Source: Candidatus Levyibacteriota bacterium
GTDB taxonomy: Bacteria; Patescibacteriota; Microgenomatia; Levybacterales; UBA12049
Assembly (NCBI GenBank): GCA_003173895.1
Contig: PJMG01000006.1
Span: forward strand, 2,820 to 66,819
DNA: 64,000 bases
Reading direction: 5' to 3'
Positions within the stretch are counted from its first letter, which is position 1. Each line of letters starts with the position of its first letter. Under the pieces are notes generated by a model. The model worked only from the letters and a program-made list of their open reading frames with translations, was not told where the DNA came from and ran no database searches. Both the position numbers and the translations under genes were made by a program. This document shows positions 19,073 through 28,076 of the stretch, in pieces.

Positions 19073-20590
19073 TTACCTCTTTCTATTATTAATAGTAAAA
19101 AATGATATAACACTGCTTAAAAATGCTAGAGCTGCATTAATTCCCATAGCCCACTTATAACTATTTATAAATGATCTATCAATAATTTCCTTAGCTATCA
19201 TTTTATTTTCCATATTCAAGTTTTTAGGTATATTAATACCTCCTAATTTATTAGCTTGAGATAAAATTATCTGCTTTGTATTTATATTCAAACTTGAATT
19301 TAAGATTTGGGTTTTTAAACTGTTTTCAAAAAGTGATAATGCGATCGCTCCTAATAGTGCTACTGCGAAAAGTCCAGCTATTCTAGCCACAGCATTATTT
19401 ACTCCTGAGGCTGCTCCACTGTATTTTTCATCCACTGCTAGTGCTGATTTAGTTAAAGGCGCGATAACAATCGACATTCCTAAACCAAATAGAATAAGTC
19501 CAGGTAAAATTTGAGTGAAATAATTTACATTTAAACCGACTAGAGTTAATAAAAACATACCAATCGAAACTATAAAAGGCCCTACGATCATAGGAAATCT
19601 TGGGCCTATTTTATCTGCTAAGGTACCACCATATCCTGATAAAAAAGTAATCAATAAAATGCTAGGGAGTGTGGCAAATCCTGCCTCAAGTGGGGTGTAA
19701 CCTTGAATTTGTTGAAGATTTAAAACTAAGAAAAATACTACTCCAGAAAGTGCAAAATATAAAAATAATGTGGCTAAGTTAGCGCCTGTCACAAGTGGTG
19801 ATTTAAAAATACTAAGTGGAACTAATGGTTCTTTTTCTCGAGTTTGCCAGAATATAAAAGTTATAAATAAGATTAAGCCCAATGTTAAACTTACTAATAT
19901 AAATGGATTACTCCATCCTAGATCTGATCCAGAAATAAGCCCATAAGTTAAACCTAAAAGTGAAAGAAAAATTAAAATAGAACCTATTAAATCAATTTTA
20001 GTTGATTCCAGATTTCGACTCTCAGGAATATATTTATAAGCGAGAATCAAGGCAATAATTCCTAATGGAATATTAATATAAAAAATAGATGGCCAATTAA
20101 AATATTGAACTAAGTAGCCTCCTAAAAATGGTCCTAATGCTGCTACTCCACCCGCAAATCCTGACCAGATTCCAATGGCTCTTCCTCTAAAATCTTTTTT
20201 AAATGAAGAATCAATAATACTTAAACTCCCTGGAACCATCATAGCTCCACCAATTCCTTGTAGTGCTCGAAAAAAAGCTAATTCTGTAATGGAAGTGGAA
20301 ATGCTACAAAGAAATGAAGAAAAAATAAAAAGACCAATTCCATACATAAAAATTCTTTTTCTACCAAAACGATCGCCTAAACTACCTGCGATTAAAATAA
20401 GCGAACATAACATTAAAGCATATCCATTAATTACCCACTGGATTTCCGAAAGGCTGGCATTAAGTTTATTTTGCAGTGTAGGAATAGCTATATTAACTAC
20501 AGTCCCATCTAAGAATGCCATTCCAGAAGCTAAAATAGTAGCGATCAATAATAGCTTACCTTCAATATTTTTAGTAGTATATTGTTTCAT
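19073..20590 (-). CDS. MFS transporter, 14-TM DHA2 (EmrB/QacA-like) type
   Basis: 14 predicted TM segments; MFS motif A GDRFGRKRIF. Confidence 0.85.
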   Translation of the reverse strand: MKQYTTKNIEGKLLLIATILASGMAFLDGTVVNIAIPTLQNKLNASLSEIQWVINGYALMLCSLILIAGSLGDRFGRKRIFMYGIGLFIFSSFLCSISTSITELAFFRALQGIGGAMMVPGSLSIIDSSFKKDFRGRAIGIWSGFAGGVAALGPFLGGYLVQYFNWPSIFYINIPLGIIALILAYKYIPESRNLESTKIDLIGSILIFLSLLGLTYGLISGSDLGWSNPFILVSLTLGLILFITFIFWQTREKEPLVPLSIFKSPLVTGANLATLFLYFALSGVVFFLVLNLQQIQGYTPLEAGFATLPSILLITFLSGYGGTLADKIGPRFPMIVGPFIVSIGMFLLTLVGLNVNYFTQILPGLILFGLGMSIVIAPLTKSALAVDEKYSGAASGVNNAVARIAGLFAVALLGAIALSLFENSLKTQILNSSLNINTKQIILSQANKLGGINIPKNLNMENKMIAKEIIDRSFINSYKWAMGINAALAFLSSVISFFTINNRKR

Positions 20591-20591
20591 T

Positions 20592-21866
20592 TTATTTACC
20601 CAAAGTTAAAAACATTCCAATCGCTGCTAAACCCATACCTATAAATGTTATTAATACAAACATATTTGATAACCAACCACTTTTATATTTCCCCATTATT
20701 TTAGAATTGTTACCAATTAGAAAGATTATAAAAATTAGAGGCACTGCCACTACTCCATTTATAACTGCTGTAAAAACTAAAGCTTGAAAGGGATTAATAC
20801 CTATAAAATTAATTAGAAGACCAATTAATGTAGCTATAGTTATAACTCCATAAAATCCATGCGCTCTTTTTAACTTTAGATTTAATCCTTCCCGCCATTT
20901 TACTGCTTCAGAGAATGCGTATGCTCCTGAACCTGCCAAAACTGGCACAGATAATAAACCTAACCCAACAATTCCCACTCCAAAAATCAGTTTAGCCACA
21001 AATCCTGAATTAGGAAAAGTTTTAACTAAGGGTTGAAGAGCTGCTGCCGCATCAGACGCTGTTTTAATATTAGTTACTCCATGACTATTTAAGACAGTTG
21101 CAGCCACTACTATAATAGCCCATGTCGCAATTTCTGAAACGACCATACCTAAAAAGGTATCTATTCTTAAATCTTTTATAAAATGCCAATTAATACGTGG
21201 TTTACCATCCTTTTTTAATAAATGATCTACTCTCTCCTCTTCAGTTTCCTCCGATGCTTGCCAAAAAAACATATAAGGAGAAATCGTAGTTCCCAAAACG
21301 CCAATAATTATAAAGAGAAATTGAAAATTAAACTCAATATGTGGAATAAAAGTAGCTTTTAAAATAGTCATCCATGGTTGTTTAACTATAAAAAGCGTTA
21401 AGGGATAGGCTAAAAGCGAAAGACATAAATACTTTAGAATTTTAGAGTAAACTTTGTAGGAAGTAAAAATCTCTAGAATCAACATGAGTGCAGTAAAAAG
21501 TAGAGTTAAAATTACAAAAGGAACAGGAATGATTAGATTAGTGGCAGCAGCCATAGCACCGATATCCGCACCTATATTAATAGTATTGGCTATAAGTACT
21601 AATAAAACGACTGCGTAAAGAACAGTCTTACTATAATGATCCCTTACTACTGCTGCTATCCCTCGTCCAGTTACTGCACCAATTCTGGCACTGACTTCCT
21701 GAACTGCTGTTTGGAGAGGAAGCATAAATATGGCTGTCCAAAGCTGGCCATAACCAAATTGCGCGCCTGTTTGAGAATATGTAGCAATACCTGATGGATC
21801 ATCATCAGCAGCACCAGTAATAATTCCTGGTCCTAAAATTTTTAATAAATCCTTTAGTTTTTTCAT
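20592..21866 (-). CDS. mntH: Nramp-family divalent metal cation transporter
   Basis: GPGIITGAADDDPSGIATYSQTGAQFGYGQLW matches the Nramp signature region; ~11 TM helices. Confidence 0.7.
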   Translation of the reverse strand: MKKLKDLLKILGPGIITGAADDDPSGIATYSQTGAQFGYGQLWTAIFMLPLQTAVQEVSARIGAVTGRGIAAVVRDHYSKTVLYAVVLLVLIANTINIGADIGAMAAATNLIIPVPFVILTLLFTALMLILEIFTSYKVYSKILKYLCLSLLAYPLTLFIVKQPWMTILKATFIPHIEFNFQFLFIIIGVLGTTISPYMFFWQASEETEEERVDHLLKKDGKPRINWHFIKDLRIDTFLGMVVSEIATWAIIVVAATVLNSHGVTNIKTASDAAAALQPLVKTFPNSGFVAKLIFGVGIVGLGLLSVPVLAGSGAYAFSEAVKWREGLNLKLKRAHGFYGVITIATLIGLLINFIGINPFQALVFTAVINGVVAVPLIFIIFLIGNNSKIMGKYKSGWLSNMFVLITFIGMGLAAIGMFLTLGK

Positions 21867-21963
21867 GGGATTAGTTTAATTGTGGAATACTTAAGAATAA
21901 ATTGCAAGAAAAGGAAAGAGAAAAAAATTGTTTATTAAATTTCTAAAAGACGAGATTCTTCTC

Positions 21964-22008
21964 TCTCGCCTCGATTCGATTCGGCGAAGCGGGTCGTTCA
22001 GAATGACA
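21964..22008. repeat. truncated family A element in reverse orientation (left end only)
   Basis: Reverse complement tgtcattctgaacgacccgcttcgccgaatcgaatcgaggcgaga matches the left 45 bp of the 12305 copy. Confidence 0.65.
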
Positions 22009-22014
22009 AAGAGT

Positions 22015-22605
22015 TTAGGAGGACATGGTGGTTTCTTCTCTAGCTGTTTTTAACATTTTTGCAAACCATATTAATTGTTCTAACATATTTTTAGCCGTAT
22101 CCTCTGCACTTTCAAAAGCACCAGGTTTTAAATTTCCATTCTCATCTACCATAGTCCAAGAAAAAGGAAAATGAACTCCATTTCGGATAGGTACCATTTG
22201 TAATTCTATGACTACTTGTCTTAATTGCTGTACGGCGCGAGTTCCTGCTGCAATTCCTCCATAACTTATAAAAGCTACTGGTTTATTATGCCATTGGGCA
22301 AAAACATAATCGATAGCATTTTTTAAAACCGCACTGTAACCATGATTATATTCAGGAGTTACCATAATATATGCATCACCCTCACCTATTTTTTCCGCCC
22401 ATTTGGCTGCTAAATCTAAAGTGTATTTTCCTTTAGAAGCATTTGGAGACATAGGTTCATTAAAAAAAGGAAGCGGCCAATTTCTTAAATCAATTAACTC
22501 CGCTTCTACTCCCTCCATTTTAGATAATTTCTCAAAAATCCACTTTGCAGGTTTTTCTGAAAATCTATTTGGTCGAGTCGATCCAATGATTACTTGAATT
22601 TTCAT
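22015..22605 (-). CDS. NAD(P)H-dependent FMN reductase (flavodoxin-like fold)
   Basis: MKIQVIIGSTRPNRFS...DLRNWPLPFF...YIMVTPEYNHGYSAVLKNAIDY is the FMN_red pattern. Confidence 0.85.
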   Translation of the reverse strand: MKIQVIIGSTRPNRFSEKPAKWIFEKLSKMEGVEAELIDLRNWPLPFFNEPMSPNASKGKYTLDLAAKWAEKIGEGDAYIMVTPEYNHGYSAVLKNAIDYVFAQWHNKPVAFISYGGIAAGTRAVQQLRQVVIELQMVPIRNGVHFPFSWTMVDENGNLKPGAFESAEDTAKNMLEQLIWFAKMLKTAREETTMSS

Positions 22606-22629
22606 AAGAATATATTTAAAATATCACTA

Positions 22630-22668
22630 ATACTTTATTTTGTAAAGTACTTACAAAAAATAAAGTAT
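22630..22668. promoter_or_regulatory. perfect 12-bp inverted repeat ATACTTTATTTT-N15-AAAATAAAGTAT in the FMN-reductase/HxlR divergent region; candidate HxlR operator
   Basis: Seen directly; HxlR-family regulators commonly bind palindromes in their divergent intergenic region. Confidence 0.4.
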
Positions 22669-22716
22669 CAACATATAACTATATTAAAAATTAGTAGTAA
22701 ATTATAAACATAAAAT

Positions 22717-23028
22717 ATGATTGATAAAAATGTAAGAGATCAATGTGGTGTAGCTAAAACTTTAAAAATTATGGGTGGTAAATGGACATTTTTAATACTA
22801 CATAATTTATTTGAAGGTAAAAAAAGATTTGGAGAATTAGAAAGATCTATGTTAGGAATCAGTCCCAAAACTCTATCAGAAAGATTAACATTATTAGAAA
22901 AAGAAAAAATAATATCTAAGAAAGTTTTTGCTGAAATTCCTCTTCACGTTGAATATTCATTAACAGAAAAAGGAAAATCATTAAAAAATATATTTAAACA
23001 AATGGCTAAATGGGGAGAAAAAAATTAA
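22717..23028 (+). CDS. HxlR-family transcriptional regulator
   Basis: CGVAKTLKIMGGKWTFLILHNLFEGKKRFGELERSMLGISPKTLSERLTLLEKEKIISKKVFAEIPLHVEYSLTEKGKSL matches the HxlR consensus almost position-by-position. Confidence 0.9.
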   Translation: MIDKNVRDQCGVAKTLKIMGGKWTFLILHNLFEGKKRFGELERSMLGISPKTLSERLTLLEKEKIISKKVFAEIPLHVEYSLTEKGKSLKNIFKQMAKWGEKN

Positions 23029-23030
23029 AC

Positions 23031-23064
23031 AAACAGATGGAGTTTGTATACCATCCGTCTGTTT
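23031..23064. terminator. bidirectional intrinsic-terminator-like hairpin between convergent genes
   Basis: AAACAGATGGA / TCCGTCTGTTT 11-bp stem (one G-U), 12-nt loop; A-run upstream, T-run downstream. Confidence 0.5.
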
Positions 23065-23078
23065 AGGGAAACACATTG

Positions 23079-23315
23079 TTACATGCCTCCACTATTGTTT
23101 TGATCTGTATCATTCATCATATCGGAACTCTCACTTTGATCAGTAGAAGTTTCTTCAGATGAATTTTGGCTTCTAGCTTGGCCACCTTTTTTACCTAATG
23201 CACTCATATCTTGTTTAGAAGAACTTGCCTTCCCTCCTTTACTAGCAATATCTCTTTGCTTTTGTGGATCCATAGAGCCAAATCCTTTTTTACTATTATC
23301 TGCCATTTTTTTCAC
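23079..23315 (-). CDS. KGG-repeat general stress protein (YciG-like)
   Basis: Repeated KGG motifs (ASKGGKAS, GKKGGQAR) in a small hydrophilic protein. Confidence 0.55.
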   Translation of the reverse strand: MKKMADNSKKGFGSMDPQKQRDIASKGGKASSSKQDMSALGKKGGQARSQNSSEETSTDQSESSDMMNDTDQNNSGGM

Positions 23316-23398
23316 CCCCTCTCATAACTATAATTTATTAAAAACCAATACGATAAAATATGAATAAAAGTGAGGTAAAGAGTAAGTAAGAAAAGTAG

Positions 23399-23953
23399 TT
23401 ATTTGTAAGGACCTTTTATGATATTTAACTCTCCTCGCCCTATTTCATCAGTATCCATTCCATAACCTTGAACCCAGACATCAGGAATACTAAAACCAAT
23501 ATAATCAGGTATAAATCTAACTTTTCGTCTTTCTGGTTTATCTAAAAGTACAAAAGTTTCAACAGACTTAGGATCTTTTTTAAGAAAAATGTTTTTTACA
23601 AATTCTAAACTTTTTCCAGTATCACAAATATCATCGATTAAAAGTAGATTTCTGTTTTTAATATTAATATCTATATCTAAAATCATTTCTGGCTCTTGAA
23701 TGGCAGTAGTACCGTGCATGTAACTTTTCACTCTTATAAAAGAAAGTTCTATATCTGTTAATCCCATCTTATGAAGTTTAATCAATAGATTAGTAGTTAC
23801 TATAGCAGCACCCTTTAAAATTCCAACGATAATTAATTTTTTATCTTTATATTTTTTAACTAAATCTTTAGCCAATTCATTAATTCTATCTTCAATTTCC
23901 TTCTCAGAAATTATAATTTCACTTATTTTATACTCATCAGGAGTTTTAAACAT
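23399..23953 (-). CDS. hpt: hypoxanthine(-guanine) phosphoribosyltransferase
   Basis: PRPP-binding motif LLIDDICDTGKSL; HPRT-like N-terminus with ISEKEIEDRINELAKDL...IVGILKGA. Confidence 0.85.
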   Translation of the reverse strand: MFKTPDEYKISEIIISEKEIEDRINELAKDLVKKYKDKKLIIVGILKGAAIVTTNLLIKLHKMGLTDIELSFIRVKSYMHGTTAIQEPEMILDIDINIKNRNLLLIDDICDTGKSLEFVKNIFLKKDPKSVETFVLLDKPERRKVRFIPDYIGFSIPDVWVQGYGMDTDEIGRGELNIIKGPYK

Positions 23954-24007
23954 AGCTAGATTATACCAAACTAGCTAAAGAAGTATGAATCAAAATTCTG
24001 TTAAGAG

Positions 24008-24053
24008 AAGGGGTGGCGCGAGTGGAAGGGAACCCGCGACAGGACTCCAGCAG
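24008..24053. repeat. family B GC-rich element (aaggggtggcgcgagtggaagggaacccgcgacaggactcc)
   Basis: Shares blocks with the in-frame insertion at 3577-3699 and with 26405-26430. Confidence 0.55.
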
Positions 24054-24102
24054 AAGTTAAGAAAATTACATTACAAAATAATCCAGGATCACAAAATGAA
24101 GT

Positions 24103-24372
24103 TTATGAAAGATCTTTGTCTAGCTCTTCTATATCATCTTCTAAATCCGGTTCTATTTCTTTAGCTTTCTCTTTCATCTTAGTTTTTAAATCAGTTATAT
24201 AACTTTTAGCTTGAGTTTTAGCAGTTTTTAAAGCAGACTTAAGTTTTTGCTGGTTCTTTTTATCCTTTAAAGCTAAAGTCGTAGCTACTGCTATTCCTGC
24301 CCCCACTACAGCTCCTGTCAAACCTACTCCTATTACCCTTCCTTTGTTATTTTTTTCATTTTTATCTATCAT
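24103..24372 (-). CDS. YtxH-like small membrane-associated protein
   Basis: N-terminal hydrophobic helix then long Lys/Ala-rich amphipathic helix. Confidence 0.4.
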   Translation of the reverse strand: MIDKNEKNNKGRVIGVGLTGAVVGAGIAVATTLALKDKKNQQKLKSALKTAKTQAKSYITDLKTKMKEKAKEIEPDLEDDIEELDKDLS

Positions 24373-24388
24373 ACCTACTCACCCCCTA

Positions 24389-24631
24389 TTATCTATGTAT
24401 TAATCTTCCTAAGAAAATTAAAATTGCAGCACCTATTACTGCTACTATTAAACTATATAAATTAAATCCAGTCACACCAGGCGCACCAAAAGCATTAAAT
24501 ATAAATCCACCAATTAATGCTCCTATTATTCCTAAAATTATATCTTCTATAAGCCCATGACTACTTGCCATTATTATATCTGCTAGCCACCCTGCAGCAG
24601 CTCCAAAAATAATCCACAGTAAAATATTCAT
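24389..24631 (-). CDS. GlsB/YeaQ/YmgE-family stress-response membrane protein
   Basis: MNILLWIIFGAAAGWLADIIM...GIIGALIGGFIFNAFG is the family signature. Confidence 0.75.
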   Translation of the reverse strand: MNILLWIIFGAAAGWLADIIMASSHGLIEDIILGIIGALIGGFIFNAFGAPGVTGFNLYSLIVAVIGAAILIFLGRLIHR

Positions 24632-24706
24632 AAATATATGATATTTGCTTGCTATGAATATTTAATGTTTATTAGGTAATAACTTAGTAAGAGAGTATAT
24701 GAAGTA

Positions 24707-26143
24707 TTAGAATAAATTCCAGAGAGCTTGATTAGTTATCTCGTGATGATAGATGACTTCAGAATTTTTAACTCTAGTTCCTAATTCACGAGGTGAACGA
24801 TCTGCCGCTAGCTGTTTAAAATAGGCATATTTTTCTTTATTATCAGAACCTAAAATTTTTCCTACAAAATCACTTGCTTTGAATAATTTTAAAGCATCAC
24901 TAATAGTTCCAGGTAAAAATCTAAGTCTATCTCGTTTGCTTTCATCCTTTTTTAATTTTTCACCTTCTAAACCTGTTTTAAGTAAAGTATAAAACCATAA
25001 ATATGGATTAGTATCTGGAGCTACTGAGCGAATTTCTATTCTCGCAGTTTTCTGATTTCCTACTGGAATTCTAATCATCGAACCTCGATCAATAGGCGAA
25101 ACTTTTATTTGATTTGGCGCTTCGAAATGTGGATCAAGTCTTCGGTAAGCATTAACACTGGAATTTAAAACTAAACAAATCTCCGGTGCATGATTTAAAA
25201 GTTTTAAAATAAAATCCCAAGCGAGTGGAGATAAACTTTCTTCTCCAGACTTTTCATAAAAAGCATTCCTTCCATTTTTAGACAGGGAAAAATTCGTATG
25301 CATACCACTACCATTAATTCCCATTATGGGTTTGGGTAAAAAAGAAGCAGTCATACCCATTTTATTAGCCACTTGGCGACAAACTAATTTATAAAGTTGA
25401 ATTTGATCAGCAGCACGAACTATATCTGTATAAGAAAAATTCATTTCGAACTGAGATGGTGCTACTTCTGGATGATCTTTTTCATTTTTAAAACCCATGG
25501 CTCTTTGTGCCTCTGCACATGAATCGATAAACTGTCTAAGTTTATCCATAGGAAGTGAATGATAATATCCTCCAGTAGTAATCAGCTTAAACCCAATTTT
25601 TTCATCATACTCTGCCTCAGCATTCATTCCATCCAGTAAAAACCCTTCTATCTCAGCCGAAGCATTTGCAGTAAAACCCTTTTTAGTTTTTAAATCATTG
25701 GCATATTTTTGTAAAAGACCACGAAAATCAGATTCATATTGAGTTTTATCTCTACCTAACACGTTAGCAAACATAATAACTTTCCCAGGGCCAAATAAAT
25801 CAGATGGAAGCCACATAAAACTTCCCCAATCAATAGAAAGTCTCAAGTCAGATTCGCTTTGAGCAGTAAAACCTCGGATAGAAGATCCATCAAAAGTCAA
25901 ATTATCTGAAGAATCGAGTAAAAACTTCTTATCATAATCCAGCATGTGAAATCTACCTTCTATATCGGAAAAACAAAGAGTTATGGCTTTAATTCTTTTC
26001 TCTTTTTTTAAGTATTCTCTATATTCTTCTTCTAATTTTTCTGGAGCAAGAGTAAATCTCTTTTCTTTGGCGGCTAAATTTCTTTCTTCTAACTCATCAT
26101 AAGGAATTTCTAAAAAGTTTTTTAATTTATTTTCCTCAAACAT
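24707..26143 (-). CDS. glnA: glutamine synthetase family protein (type I-like, 478 aa)
   Basis: KPIMGINGSGMHTNFSLS (NGSGMH motif), DTNPYLWFYTLL (NPYL), IEIRSVAPDTNPYL. Confidence 0.75.
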   Translation of the reverse strand: MFEENKLKNFLEIPYDELEERNLAAKEKRFTLAPEKLEEEYREYLKKEKRIKAITLCFSDIEGRFHMLDYDKKFLLDSSDNLTFDGSSIRGFTAQSESDLRLSIDWGSFMWLPSDLFGPGKVIMFANVLGRDKTQYESDFRGLLQKYANDLKTKKGFTANASAEIEGFLLDGMNAEAEYDEKIGFKLITTGGYYHSLPMDKLRQFIDSCAEAQRAMGFKNEKDHPEVAPSQFEMNFSYTDIVRAADQIQLYKLVCRQVANKMGMTASFLPKPIMGINGSGMHTNFSLSKNGRNAFYEKSGEESLSPLAWDFILKLLNHAPEICLVLNSSVNAYRRLDPHFEAPNQIKVSPIDRGSMIRIPVGNQKTARIEIRSVAPDTNPYLWFYTLLKTGLEGEKLKKDESKRDRLRFLPGTISDALKLFKASDFVGKILGSDNKEKYAYFKQLAADRSPRELGTRVKNSEVIYHHEITNQALWNLF

Positions 26144-26259
26144 AAAATTAATTTAACAATATTTATATTAGTTGTCAATAAGTTTATTATAAATAATTTA
26201 TAAATTAATATAAAAATATATAATCATGAGAAGCAAGCAGATGTATATTTTAAACAGCA

Positions 26260-26319
26260 TTGAAAGTTTGCTTTGTATTAATTTTATAATTTAGCTCAAG
26301 TTTGGTAGCAAACTTTCAA
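26260..26319. promoter_or_regulatory. perfect 13-bp inverted repeat TTGAAAGTTTGCT-N34-AGCAAACTTTCAA upstream of glnA and the divergent regulator
   Basis: Seen directly at 26260-26272 and 26307-26319; lies 117-176 nt upstream of the glnA start. Confidence 0.35.
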
Positions 26320-26404
26320 GAGCGAGAATGATAACTAAATATTAATTTCAAATAAATGTTTTCGAGTGTCTTTTAAAATATACTCTGCGAGTTTAAAAGC
26401 TAAA

Positions 26405-26430
26405 GGAAATACTCGACAGGACCCCGTGAT
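26405..26430. repeat. family B fragment (ggaaatactcgacaggaccccgtgat)
   Basis: cgacaggacccc block shared with 3661-3699 and 24038-24050. Confidence 0.5.
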
Positions 26431-26504
26431 AATGTTGAACCACTTATCTAAAAAGAATATAATATATTTGGAAAGAGCTAAAAGATTATTAAATTTAGCT
26501 AATC

Positions 26505-27755
26505 ATGAATATTAATAGATCATTTGTGGGGAAAATTGCGCTGGTATTTCTTGGATTGTTTTTAATCCAGTTGGTAATTGGTATTTTTATACTCTACTCT
26601 ATTTCCATGCGCCAAACCCAAACATATCTGCAAAATACTACCAAGCGTATCGAAGATGATATTTCCTATACTAAAAACGGTTGGGATTTATCCAGATATA
26701 ATGCCGATCCTAATGTTCCAGATACATACCCCATTTATATTTTAGGTACTGACGGATATGTCATAGATCGTTGGAAACCTATCCATGGATTTCTGGATAC
26801 CTCAGATATAAAACACTTACTCATATATAATTCCCCACAAACTATAACTACTAGTAGTCAACAAACTTGGAGAATTTATTCCAAACAAATTTTAAATAAC
26901 GGACATTTTCTGGGAGTTATTACTGTAGCTATATATAACCCACAAAAAGATCAAATTAAAAGTCTAGATGAACGACTTTTTGATGCAGTAAATATAATTA
27001 ATTCCAAATTAATTATAAAAAATAATAGTATTGATGTAAGTCAAATTGATAGTCGCGATATTAGTTATGACATTTCTTTTCAAGTGACAGATCAATATAA
27101 TAAAATCGTAGCTAAAAATAACAATACTAATATTATTGATAGACTACCTAATTATATAGATCTAAGTTATATTGGTAGCATTTTAAATAGTCCTCAAACA
27201 CAACAAATCTCTGACTCTAAAACTCAACAAAGATTTCTATTTCTTACTTCTCCTCTAGTTTATAACAATAATATTATGGGTGTATTAGTGGTAGGCAAAT
27301 CAATTTCTGAGATTAATGATTTGGTTAATAGTTTTATACTAGCAGAAACTATTTTAGGACTGATTATTTATAGTTTAGGCACTTTTATATTAATAAAACT
27401 TTCTAGACCTTATTTTACCACTGAAGCAGAAGTAGAAGAGTTTCATGAAGTGAATAAGATAAGCTTTGATAAGAAAACTGGGACTCTTTTATTTGACGCT
27501 ATGGAAATTACTATTCCCTACGCTACCAATCAATATTATATGTGTGAAGCTCTATTTTCTAATCCTAAGAAACACTGGGAAACTGATGAATTATTAGAGA
27601 AATTCGGTGATTTAGATATGGAACATAGTCGAAAGGTATATGATGCTATGGTCATAATTAATAAAAAAGTTCAATCAATTATTGGTGATAAGTTAATTAT
27701 TCTTCACGATAAAGTTTATCAAATAAATCCATTTTTAGCCTCAAAAATCGCTTGA
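26505..27755 (+). CDS. membrane-anchored one-component regulator: TM - ~235-aa extracytoplasmic domain - TM - C-terminal OmpR/PhoB-type winged-helix DNA-binding domain
   Basis: Two TM helices (aa 10-32, 268-293). The C-terminal stretch ISFDKKTGTLLFDAMEITIPYATNQYYMCEALFSNPKKHWETDELLEKFGDLD...SRKVYDAMVIINKKV...IILHDKVYQIN follows the trans_reg_C pattern. Confidence 0.5.
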   Translation: MNINRSFVGKIALVFLGLFLIQLVIGIFILYSISMRQTQTYLQNTTKRIEDDISYTKNGWDLSRYNADPNVPDTYPIYILGTDGYVIDRWKPIHGFLDTSDIKHLLIYNSPQTITTSSQQTWRIYSKQILNNGHFLGVITVAIYNPQKDQIKSLDERLFDAVNIINSKLIIKNNSIDVSQIDSRDISYDISFQVTDQYNKIVAKNNNTNIIDRLPNYIDLSYIGSILNSPQTQQISDSKTQQRFLFLTSPLVYNNNIMGVLVVGKSISEINDLVNSFILAETILGLIIYSLGTFILIKLSRPYFTTEAEVEEFHEVNKISFDKKTGTLLFDAMEITIPYATNQYYMCEALFSNPKKHWETDELLEKFGDLDMEHSRKVYDAMVIINKKVQSIIGDKLIILHDKVYQINPFLASKIA

Positions 27756-27820
27756 GTCACAGTTGATTCACTTAGAATCTAACATGATTCACCAGACTTG
27801 TTTATATACTGACATCAATT

Positions 27821-28072
27821 ATGAACAAATTGCTGTCACAATCTTATGCCTTTAACGAAAAAGCTGTAATTTTCCTAGTCGTAATTGGAGCTATTTTTAT
27901 AGTACTAAGTAGTATTTTTATTCAAAAAGAAGATTCACAAAATAATATGCACTATTTATTAGGTAAATTTATTGCTCCTTATTCTGTAAATTTTTCTATT
28001 AAGAATTCTACTACTAGTAAAAGTGGCTGCAAACCAACTTTAGTAGGCAGAGTTATAGTAAATAATTGTTAA
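27821..28072 (+). CDS. small membrane protein (83 aa)
   Basis: One TM helix; no domain. Confidence 0.35.
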   Translation: MNKLLSQSYAFNEKAVIFLVVIGAIFIVLSSIFIQKEDSQNNMHYLLGKFIAPYSVNFSIKNSTTSKSGCKPTLVGRVIVNNC

Positions 28073-28076
28073 ATTT

